Assembly: GCA_019828565.1 (NCBI GenBank)
Contig: JAHDYR010000015.1
Coordinates: 504,239-568,238 of the forward strand
Source: Carpediemonas membranifera BICM
Taxonomy: Eukaryota > Protista > Fornicata
Length of the DNA: 64,000 bases
Reading direction: 5' to 3'
The notes below the pieces were generated by a model. That model was given only the letters and a program-made list of their open reading frames with translations. It did not search any database and was not told the DNA's origin. A program made the translations under genes and the position numbers. Positions 32,221 through 41,946 of the stretch are shown here, piece after piece. Within the stretch, counting starts at the first letter, position 1; each line of letters begins with the position of its first letter.

Positions 32221-33315
32221 TTGTGGTCCATATCCTTCCCTGCTGGTTCGGCCAACTACCAGTGTTGGAAAAAAAGTGGTAGTTGCCAAATGGAGAGGAA
32301 ATTTGGCAAATTCGGTACCAGACGCATCAGCGACCATCCTCTCACGTATGAATGCGTCTGTGGAATCACTAGGCCGCGTTCTGACCTTCGCAACCAGGGC
32401 CTGAAGGAATATGACGGAATCAGGTACACGCATGACTGCCCCTTCACCCTGAGCAAGCTTGTGAACCGCCGCATCGTTATCCTGCTCGAGCCAGTCCATG
32501 GCTTCGAAGCACCTACTTGTGCGAACCCGGTCTTCACTGTCACCGGGCTTGCTGGCTCCGAGGGGTACCACAAGCGCATGAAGGCCATCCTCGATCTCGT
32601 CAGCGACGAGTGGCTCACCACGGTTGCCGTCAGTTTCGTCTCGACGACCCACCTCGGCTCCATACTGCAACAGTTGGCTGCAGAATTCGCCAATTTCGAG
32701 ACATTCTGGGTTGTTTCTGGCCACAGCGAGACCACAACGTCGAGAATGATCGTTAATGCGAGCGCTAACGAGTTCCTGTACCTTCACGATATCGTACAGA
32801 TGATCCTCTTCGCTTTCCGTGAGCCATCCCTCGTCACCACCAGCCGGGTTCGGCTCATCTACTTCGCCACCTGTACCGGAGCGGACAATAGCGAGTTCTC
32901 TCTGCTTAAGCAGTCCATTTCGACCCAGGCATACGAGCATACGTGCATCATTCTCACTCCGGAGAAAATGCTTGCCAACGAACTCGTCCTGCAGGACTGC
33001 TTTTGGCTCTACCGCACTACATGCATGGACAACCCGCTCCACTTCGTCTCGCGTTACTTCTCCGGCTATGGGCTCGCACCTGGCACAGCAGGGAGACGGG
33101 TTATCGCGAATGGATCAATGTCCATAACCCCGGGCGCGATTGAGATCCTCACAGCCACTCAGTTCCGCACGCCAATCCCTCTTCCCGAGATGGTCGACCT
33201 TGTTTCTGAGGTACTTGCATATAGACCACTGCATAGATCTCCGGCGGATGTTATGGCCTCGCGCTACATTACTGAGATGACAGTTGCGCACAGAGCGGCA
33301 CTGGAAGACACTTAA
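32221..33315 (+). CDS. Putative caspase-like (clan CD) cysteine protease
   Basis: Hydrophobic strand-GH (FWVVSGHSE) and hydrophobic strand-C (LIYFATC) spaced like a clan CD His-Cys dyad. Confidence 0.5.
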   Translation: MWSISFPAGSANYQCWKKSGSCQMERKFGKFGTRRISDHPLTYECVCGITRPRSDLRNQGLKEYDGIRYTHDCPFTLSKLVNRRIVILLEPVHGFEAPTCANPVFTVTGLAGSEGYHKRMKAILDLVSDEWLTTVAVSFVSTTHLGSILQQLAAEFANFETFWVVSGHSETTTSRMIVNASANEFLYLHDIVQMILFAFREPSLVTTSRVRLIYFATCTGADNSEFSLLKQSISTQAYEHTCIILTPEKMLANELVLQDCFWLYRTTCMDNPLHFVSRYFSGYGLAPGTAGRRVIANGSMSITPGAIEILTATQFRTPIPLPEMVDLVSEVLAYRPLHRSPADVMASRYITEMTVAHRAALEDT

Positions 33316-33338
33316 AGTTCAAAATCTCCCTATTTAAC

Positions 33339-34560
33339 TTACTCAATTGGCTTCATATCCGCCACCTTCTGGTAGACAGTCATACACTGGTCGCAGAACC
33401 TGACACGATAGTCCTGGCCGTCGAGATGGAACTCAGCATAGCTGAAGTGTTTCTCTTCGCAGAACCAGTTTAGGCACGCCCGGCAGACGCCAGTGTCCTT
33501 TGTCGACTTGTCTCCGTCCTTGATACACGCGTGACATCTGTTAGACCTTCCTGCCAGACTGCAAGCTGCGCAAACCTTTCTGTTCTTACCATCAATCCTC
33601 TTCTCTCTGACACACTGAAGATGCATGAACTGATGGCAGAGATAGCACGTTTCATACTCGTTTCTTTTTCATGTTTGGGTTGAAGTACCATTCAGGTGAG
33701 GCACAAACAGCGCATGCGAACAGTAACTTACGCTGATATAGCTTCAGAAACGTCGCTTGCTTGAGGGCGGGGACCTTATCGTTCATTTCAACGGCCTTGG
33801 GTGACTGCTTGAGGAGATCAGTGACAGTTGTGGAGAGTGAAGCCGTCACCATCGCGGCAACCTCCTTCAAGTCAGCCTCTTCGAGCCTCGATCGCTTCTG
33901 AGCAGGCTCATGCATCTGCGCATCAAAATTAAGCTTCTTGACGGGGGAATCAGGCTTGATGGTAGCCAAGTCAGCTCTTTTTCTGAGCTTTGGTACCAAT
34001 GTTGTCACTGGAGTCTTTGTGGGTGTCTCTGCGGGTGTTTCTGCTGGGGTACGTGGCTCAGGCTGGAGCTTGCGATGCTTGATCCTGATTACAACGGCTG
34101 GAGGCCATTGAATGCCGGTGCAAGTGATCAGACTGGAGACATCGTGGAGTCCAAGTCCCCGAAACAGCACAGACATCCTGTTTCTAAACTCCTGCAAGTG
34201 TTCAGCTGCATTTGCTCTGTCTCTGACAACCAGGTAGGGTATCTTTGTGCCAATGAGCTCTGTGCCACCCTTTCTACTTGCCACAAATGCCTGAATGGGC
34301 TCAGTAGTCGTGCGCCTGACGGAGTTTGCAATAGCAATCTTGCGAAAGCCGTTGCAGAGGCCCGATATCACATCCTGCATGCCAAGGAGAGCGCGATGAA
34401 CGTCAGAGGTCGTCAGACCGATAGTTGGGATGTCCGCGACGTCGAAAAAGCATTCCAGGAAGCTAGTCACGAACAGCCGGCGGTACTCTGTTCTCTTATC
34501 CGATCCGCAAGACGTGCCCTGCGAAATCTCAGCTTTCTTCGCAGTTTCACTGGTCGTCAT
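33339..34560 (-). CDS. PHD-finger protein with a second Cys-rich finger (frameshift in A-run near 33665)
   Basis: One indel gives CAVC...CYLCHQFMHLQC...CAAC (C4HC3), followed by CHAC...CRAC...C...H...CDQC. Confidence 0.7.
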
Positions 34561-34630
34561 ATTCTCATCTTAAACTGCGCAGGTGTTGACGACAATGTTA
34601 CGGTTATCCACGAACGAAAGGCTTAATCAT

Positions 34631-34810
34631 ATGACCAGTTGCATCCATGAAGTCGGCAAGATACAAGATTCTGTTCGAGAAATACGAAATCACATCACTG
34701 GGCTGAATTGCGAGGGGTTGGTGAATGAGAGGCTGAATGACACACAACACGTTCTGGAAGAGATAGGAGATATGTTTATAGATGTAATACAGCAACTTAA
34801 AGACCACTAG
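34631..34810 (+). CDS. Small coiled-coil ORF
   Basis: Amphipathic heptads; divergent from the PHD gene. Confidence 0.3.
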   Translation: MTSCIHEVGKIQDSVREIRNHITGLNCEGLVNERLNDTQHVLEEIGDMFIDVIQQLKDH

Positions 34811-35082
34811 CACGTTATTATCACTTTGAATAAGCAATGAATGGTTATGCAACATCAGCACCTACCTACGAATCACAAGAATGCCCCTAGCACGTCGTAT
34901 GCAAGCAAAAATGAGACTTACCCGTACCTTCCGCACGTTTCTCTACGTTTCACAAACGTTGGTGAAACGTGTGAAATAGTGAAAAAGATACGGGTGAATC
35001 TCATTTTTTCTTGCAGTTTCTTGTGCAAAAGGGTGTTTATCCTCCGTATATCCCCGGATTAACTGGCCATTCTAACAGTATG

Positions 35083-36707
35083 TCTACTGGAGGGCACCAG
35101 AGAGGGAGCCCCTAAACCAGCGCTACTGGATTATGGCATGGAAACGATCAGGAGGGGGTGGATGAAGCGGTGCAAAAGCCGTACGGCACTAGGACTAATG
35201 GAAATCATGGGGACAAGGAAATTAAGCAAGTGTCTGCAAGGTAAGCCTACGGTAGACCGAAAGGCTGGGAAGGGGCAAAGCAGGGCGGAATGGAAGAGAA
35301 TTGTATCCATTGCAGCCAATGTCAGCCCATCCCCATCGTCGGCAGAGAGAGGGGAGGGCCCTATGAGAGCCATCACAGAGCTGGCCCAAGGCGCTGACCT
35401 GAAGAGAGAAATTAGCAGACTATGCCCCCTATGCTCGGAGGAGTCGGAGGTGAGCCTGTTCTACAGGATCATTAGGGAAAAGCCAGGACCAGCAAGGAAG
35501 CAGGAAATGATCAGGGGAGTGGGCAGAGGGCCAGAGGCTAGGATCGGCAGCGCACATAATCTGTGAATGCCCGGCAGTAGACAGGGGAGAAGCTTGGACA
35601 AAGCTGTGGACAGCAGCGAAGCACAAAACTAAGGACTTGGAAGTAAGGCAGGGCCCCCAGGGCGAATGGTACCAGGAAAGACCCATCCTAGAATTACAGC
35701 AACTAATAATATGGGGCTCGGAGGACATTTGGGAAGGCCTCACGGCAGGACTACGGGAACTGGCAAAGGTTTACAACAGCTTCAAGGTGGAATAGAAGCA
35801 TGTCATGAACCCCTGACTCCAGGACCGGGAAGGGATGGACAAGGAATCAGCCATGGACCACCCTCGCTGGGTGCTAAGCTCCTGGGATCAGTGAGGAAAG
35901 GCCCCACGTATCCCGGTAGCCAGGAACCAAAGCAAGGGAAGGAACGACTGCAAGGAAAGAACAGGAAGGACAGACCAGAAATAAGAAAGAAAGGACATGC
36001 GACAAGGACAGAGCAAGGATAAGGTCAAGGAAATCCATATTCATATGGTTACACCACTCGTTGGGACCCCAAGGAAACTGCAGGGACTGGCCACGGGGGT
36101 CGGAGGGGCACAGGTGCCCCTGCCGCCCTTGTTAACGACATGGGAAACCAAGGACATGTAGTGCAAGCGAAATGTTGTAAGGGGGTAACAGGACAACCAG
36201 GCCTAGTGCCTGGGGGTACACCACCATGCCCTGACCCACGCCACCTAACCGGGGTAGACAGCATGGACTTAGTCACTTTCCCCGCCTTCGGGTAGGCTTC
36301 TTAACAGAGTCGAGGGGGCATGGAATTGGGGAACCGGACAGACGAGAGGGTGCCGTGGCTGAACGGCTCTACAAGGACTGCAGGGAAGCAAGGAGTGTCA
36401 TAGTCAAGGTTCTGCAGGACGATCCTGCCTGTCAATGCCCCGAGGACAGACCCCCAGGCTCCCCGGATAGTTGCCGGACTTTCAGGGAGACAGGAAAGCA
36501 TATTTGCACGGAGATGGCCGCAGGGCCTCTGGGGCGATTGGAATCGGCTTTCCGCGGAGACAGTAGCACCGAAAGCCCAAGGCAAACGCTGCTGACCAGT
36601 TTGCCACGGGAAATAGGCAGTACCCCGGGGCACTCAGTTCCAAGACAACGGGAAACAAGCTCAGTCCGGGGTCAGAATCCAAGCACCATAAATTTCTTTC
36701 TTTCTTT
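35083..36707 (+). mobile_element. 5'-truncated copy of LINE-B (ORF2 C-terminus, 3' UTR, tail 36693-36707)
   Basis: Near-identical to the reverse complement of 17486-19107. Confidence 0.93.
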
Positions 36708-36924
36708 GCTCCAGCTGACTGACACCTCAGCCACCTATGGTGTGGTGGACGTTCTAGAACATTTCGAACTCTATTCGAGTAACCATCTGCGGGAGTCATT
36801 CGTCCTACTCATCCAGTTCGCTGGCTACCCGTTGCCGTCGCTGACCTTCCTGACAAAGGATCTTTGTAACACCGTACCTGTTACCCTCTATTTCAACGAT
36901 CATAATTTGTGGCGTTGAGTTGAG

Positions 36925-37996
36925 TTGTTGACAAGGCTGCCCTGACCCTCAAGGCCATCGCCGACTTCAGCGAGGATGTCGGTGCGGAGGGTGTTGGCCC
37001 GGCCCTGTCGATGATCAAGTTCTGTGTCCTCCCCAAGATTGCACACTTGATGCGTAATGTCGATCCCACCCCCGAGGTGCTCACTCCCGCAGAGACCTTC
37101 TGCCAGTCCACCCTATCCGACGTCGTTGGGAAGGTGCTTGGCCGCACCCTGTCGCCAGACATCAGTCAGGCCTTGGGGCTGCCGGCAAAGCATGGTGGCC
37201 TGGCTTCGCGATGCCCACTATCGTCTGGCCGTGTGCCAGGATTGGTGCCCTGCGCCAACTTGCACGGTACGGGGAGAAGCATGGCCTTCCTGCCACCCTT
37301 TCCACGATCAGCGAAGGTTTCCAGCACCTCACAACTGGTTGGCCAGTCACCGAAGCCCAGCTGCTGGCCCTGCCTGAGAAGACACAGGCACACTTGTTTG
37401 ACAAGATAACTACCAACATGACCAAGGAAGCTCGTGTCGACACAGCGCAGCCCAGTGTGCTAAGCCGCGCGCTGACTGCCGACCCCCTTCGCAGTCACGA
37501 TCACACAACGAGCCTTCCAGGTGTCCCGCTGCAGGCGGCCCTCAGAAAGCACCTCGGGCTTGCTGCCTTCGTGTCCGCGACTAAGTTCTGTCCAATCTGT
37601 GCCCTGAAGTCAGTAACCAATGCGGCATCAGGCCAGTTGAACGTCGGAGCTGACCCCCGCCACGTGTTGGCCACCCCAGAGCATATGGTGACATGCAAAT
37701 GCCTTCACGGAGGAGCCAAGACCACCGCCAGGCACGACACGATCGTCGAGAGTCTCTTCTCGGAGCTCTCAAACAACGGTGTCCCTGCCAGGAAGGAGTT
37801 CTGGCCCCGCCACTCCTCCCGTTACACGAAAGACCCCGACACAACGCACAGAGACGCCCGAGTTGACGTCTTCGCGTTCAACGACCGCGGCACGAACCCT
37901 ACGGCCATCGATGTTGTGGTCTCGAACGAGTACCACGACACGGCTCGGAAGAAGCGTGAGCGGTACGCCCCGTGGAATGTTGATGTGATAAGGTAA
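36925..37996 (+). pseudogene. CRE-clade RLE fragment (copy of 16197-17270)
   Basis: Same translation, with CCHC-RHD-D..D-K motifs. Confidence 0.75.
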
Positions 37997-38231
37997 GGTA
38001 AGGTAAGCCACAACAGACATTCTTTGACGCGGTCTCTCGAGGAGACGGTCGGTTTGGGCTCGAAAGCGTGCCTGCAAGCCATTCCACTATGCTCGTTGCC
38101 GGTGGGATATCCCCGTTGGGTAGAGCAAGTATGTCTAGAGGCTAGGACAGCTAGCTGGCGCTTCTCCGTGAGCACCACTCGAGCCCATTGGCACCCGGGG
38201 TGCTGAGACGCCCGAGAGGGCGCACGGAAAC

Positions 38232-38813
38232 GTGCAGTTTATGGCATCAGAATTTCGAATGCCCGAAGGCACATCGGGCACGTCCGCAGAACCTCCTGTA
38301 TCCCAGGAAGAGTTCCGAAAGTTTACCAACAACGTAACTGCCACATTGGAGTTCATGAAAACGAAGATGGAGAACATCGAGGAAAGATCCATCCAGAGGG
38401 AGGTAGAACAAGAAGAGTACGAGCTAGAAACCGATGAGCAAGCAACCCAGGGAACCTTCCAAGGCTTTCCGTCCTTCTTGTTCGATTTGGAGCTCCCCAA
38501 GAGGTACGGGCCCCGCGACGAAGCCAAGTTCCTACGCGAGATCATGCGTCTCCTGACGACCGCGGACCCGCACTCACTCGACGTGAACGATCTACTGCTC
38601 CGTCTCCTGAGCCGGTTCAAGGTCCTTCTCCTCAAGGACGACTACGACGACAACGTCTGTGACTACGCCACTGCAGCCCTGCGAGCCACGCCCCCGAAGT
38701 CTGAGATGGAGATCGAGACGATCCTCGCTAAGGCCAAGACTAAGGGCAAGCGTAAGCGTCGGAATTTTCAGGAGCAGGGCTCCAGCAGCGTCGGCCGCCG
38801 GGCCCGCTCCTAA
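38232..38813 (+). CDS. PAT-1 gag-like ORF1
   Basis: Position; EAKFLR motif shared with PAT-2 and PAT-5 ORF1. Confidence 0.7.
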   Translation: MQFMASEFRMPEGTSGTSAEPPVSQEEFRKFTNNVTATLEFMKTKMENIEERSIQREVEQEEYELETDEQATQGTFQGFPSFLFDLELPKRYGPRDEAKFLREIMRLLTTADPHSLDVNDLLLRLLSRFKVLLLKDDYDDNVCDYATAALRATPPKSEMEIETILAKAKTKGKRKRRNFQEQGSSSVGRRARS

Positions 38814-38842
38814 TATTCCCATCAACCCGTTCGCGATGGCGG

Positions 38843-40743
38843 GTGTGGGAACAATTCAGGGTAGCTCCAGCAGTAGTAGCGCGGGTACGAGACGGAATCC
38901 CCGTCGAGATCACAGCGCCTCCACCACCGGCAGCCCCACAGAGGACCATCGACCCGAGGATACTTCCGAAGCTCGAATCAATGACACAACAAGGAATCAT
39001 CGAGCCGACGCCCCTCAGTCAGCTCAAGCACAGCGCCCCGCTGTTTGCTGTCCCCAAGGGGGAAGACATAAGAGTGATCCACGACCTGAGGCGGCTGAAC
39101 ACGGTCACACGCGAACGCCGCTCCTTCCGTCTGTTCGGCATACGTCGTGCCATCAACACACTCTCCAGCCAGGCCTGGATGGCCAAGATAGACCTAAGAT
39201 CCGGCTACTCACAGCTGGCCATCAGAGACTCGGACAAACCGCTCCTGGGCATCGCTCTGCCCGACGGTCGGGCGTTCCAATACCGCACGCTAGGCTTCGG
39301 TTGGACCGCCGCGCCTTATTTCTTCCAGTCCGCTATGGTCCAGGTAGCAAAGGTCATCGCCCTCCGCCACAAGGTAATCGTCAACGTCTACCTCGACGAC
39401 TTCTTACTGTCAGCCGACAGCAGAGACCACCTCAGCAAGGAAATACCCAAGATCATCAAGACGATGGAGGCACTGGGCCTCATCCCGTCGCTGGAGAAGT
39501 GCATCTTAACACCGTGCCAGTGCATAGAATTCCTTGGCCTGCTCCTGAACACCACGTCCAACACCATCCGTCTCCCCGCCGACAAGGCCAAGAGGTACGC
39601 AGAGGCCCTATCAGAAGCACTCGTCAAGAAGCGCATCCGCGCGAAAGACTGGGCGAAGATCGTAGGCAAGCTCTCCTTCTTCGCCACCTCTGCAAGACGG
39701 GCTACCCTGAAGCTCCGCACGCTCCCCTCTGCCACGGAGAACTGGGTCGACATCCACCCCTACACAGCAGACCTCAAGGAGTGGCTGCAGCTCCTGGCCG
39801 TCCGACCAACCCGCTCCTTCGCCGAGTTGAAGAACCTATGGTCTCAGGACCAGCAACTAGAGCTGATTATTTCCACAGATGCGTCGGGCACAGGCTGGGG
39901 AGCCCAGTGGACCAACACGTCCGCGAACTCCCACGGTTCTTTCAAGGGCGCACTGGCGGAACAATCTATCAACGTGAAGGAGCTCGCCGCAGTCCTCTTT
40001 GGCTCACGCATCATACCAGCACAGGACTCAGAGCGCAATCTCACGGTCTTCTCAGACAACAGCTCGTGCGTCGCCTGGATCAACAAGGAGGGCAGCTCAA
40101 AGGCCCCCCGATGGCGCTACAGACACTCAGGATACTCTACAAGGAGATGGAACGCAAGAAGCTCCTCATACACGCTCGACACACCCCAGGCCACCTCAAT
40201 CTCGCCGCAGACCGACTGTCACGCGGGTTGTCCACCCCACCCCACGTGCTGGAGACAATTCTCGAGACTTGGGGCCCCGTCGACGTGGACGCTACAGCAC
40301 ACCCAGACCGCACTCTACGCCTCCCAGGGTTTACCATCGAACACTGGCCGGACGGCCTGTTCAGGGACTGGCGCGGACACCGCGTTTATGCCGCGCCACA
40401 CCCGTCCCCGATGACCTTGGGACGGACATGGCAGACCCTCCTACCGATCTTAACGACCCCGACTACATCCCCTCCGAACTCGTGGACCTCAGCATGCTTC
40501 CTCGTCGTGCCAGACATTACGAGCCCCGAACTCCAACAACTCAAGGCGCACGCGACATGCAAGATTCCCTTCTCAGCACCGAAAGACGACTTCGCATCAG
40601 AGGACCAACAACTCCTAGACCGTCTCTCCAGGCCAAACGGGACCATCCGCTTCATAGCTCTCGCCTTCAGGACACGTTCTCCAGAATCCTGCAGCACCCA
40701 ATACTGTCTCACATGCGCCGAGACGAGTCCAAGCGCTCAGTAG
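38843..40743 (+). CDS. PAT-1 RT + RNase H + methyltransferase-like domain (frameshift ~40110)
   Basis: IDLRSGYSQL, LGFG, YLDD, FLG; TDASGTGWG, INVKEL, SDN, HTPGHLNLAADRLSR; WGPVDVDA, DW..H..YAAP. Confidence 0.92.
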
Positions 40744-41576
40744 CCGGATGGATTACAGCATTCCTTGAGTACCGCGACCCACACGAGGACGACACCGATG
40801 AGTACCGAGCCTTCCTGGAGGACGAGGCCGAGTATAATGCACCAGCCACGGTCGATCGAAAGGGATACTGGATCGAGAAGGCCGCCCCACTCTTTTCCGA
40901 CTGGACCCCCAGCACCTACTGTCCACAAATCAGAAGAGGCATAGCAGACAACGCCAACACCACCGGCATGACAGGCGGGTCAGCCCCAGTCACAAGGGAG
41001 GACATGATCAGGGCCATCAAGTCCAGGAACAGCGACATCGCGACGTACCAAGCGACACTATTCGCCGCGATTGCTTACCTGACCGTGAGCCGCGGAGCTG
41101 AAATCTTCAACCTGACGAGCGCTGACATCGTGTTCAAGACAAACGGGGACGCCCAGCTGCTCCTTGGTCGCACAAAGACGCTTGCAAAGGTCACTAAGTC
41201 ACTACCCAACACCCTACTAGGCCCATTCAACCCAGCGCTGGCCCTGAAGAGATGGGTACGAGGCTTGAACCTTCCACCGGACGCCTGCATCTGGCGCGCG
41301 ATCACATCCTCATCGAAGGTCAGCCGTAAGACCCCGTGCACAATGCGACGTATGCGAGAGGAGCTACGCACAGTCTTCCACGACAACAGGATTGGCCTAC
41401 ACAGCTTCCGCAAGGGAGCGGCTTCCGAACTGGCACTAGCAGGCACACCGATAGAGACCTTACTCCAACTCGGAACCTGGGCTAACGGCAACTCTCTCCG
41501 GCCTTACATCGGGGAGGCTATCCGCAACCACCCTCGTCAAACCCGACAAACTGCAAACACCCTGTTCCCATTCTAA
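39999..41576 (+). CDS. PAT-1 tyrosine recombinase (overlapping frame)
   Basis: SRGAE, TKT, HSFRKGAA, LGTW...Y. Confidence 0.92.
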   Translation: MAHASYQHRTQSAISRSSQTTARASPGSTRRAAQRPPDGATDTQDTLQGDGTQEAPHTRSTHPRPPQSRRRPTVTRVVHPTPRAGDNSRDLGPRRRGRYSTPRPHSTPPRVYHRTLAGRPVQGLARTPRLCRATPVPDDLGTDMADPPTDLNDPDYIPSELVDLSMLPRRARHYEPRTPTTQGARDMQDSLLSTERRLRIRGPTTPRPSLQAKRDHPLHSSRLQDTFSRILQHPILSHMRRDESKRSVAGWITAFLEYRDPHEDDTDEYRAFLEDEAEYNAPATVDRKGYWIEKAAPLFSDWTPSTYCPQIRRGIADNANTTGMTGGSAPVTREDMIRAIKSRNSDIATYQATLFAAIAYLTVSRGAEIFNLTSADIVFKTNGDAQLLLGRTKTLAKVTKSLPNTLLGPFNPALALKRWVRGLNLPPDACIWRAITSSSKVSRKTPCTMRRMREELRTVFHDNRIGLHSFRKGAASELALAGTPIETLLQLGTWANGNSLRPYIGEAIRNHPRQTRQTANTLFPF

Positions 41577-41946
41577 CACCATAAACCATCGCACCGGAGG
41601 CCGTCAAGGAGACGCCCGGTCCAGCCGAAAGCAGCAAGGAGCTGCTGGCACTTGAGGCAGGCATGGAGCCGCCATACTCCACTGTAATTACTCTACTTAC
41701 CTCAGATCTGCGGACGGTGTTCCCCTTTGGGAGTATGAGTTAGGTGGCTAGCCTAGTCTAGCGAGCACCACTCGAGCCCATTGGCACCCGGGGTGCTGAG
41801 ACGCCCGAGAGGGCGCACGGAAACGTGCAGTTTATGGCATCAGAATTTCGAATGCCCGAAGGCACATCGGGCCTAAAGGAGCCCGAGAAGAATAAATCCT
41901 TTACCCCCCTTTGGGAGTATGAGTTAGGTGGCTAGCCTAGTCTAGC

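Larger units (their letters stand above)
38170..41946 (+). mobile_element. PAT-1: complete tyrosine-recombinase retrotransposon with split direct repeats A1-ORFs-B1-A2-B2
   Basis: A 38170-38279 = 41763-41872; B 41722-41762 = 41906-41946. Confidence 0.95.

Noticed and set aside
33617-33657. Intron joining the two halves of the PHD gene
   Set aside because: A single indel in the A-run gives a complete C4HC3 finger, whereas splicing would delete Zn ligands
36355-36918. 187-aa ORF3 in the LINE-B 3' UTR
   Set aside because: It reads through the (TTTC)n tail into the flank, and LINE-A has no counterpart
37988-38008. (AAGGT)n as a telomeric repeat or micro-intron
   Set aside because: Only ~3.5 units at a fragment junction; insufficient support
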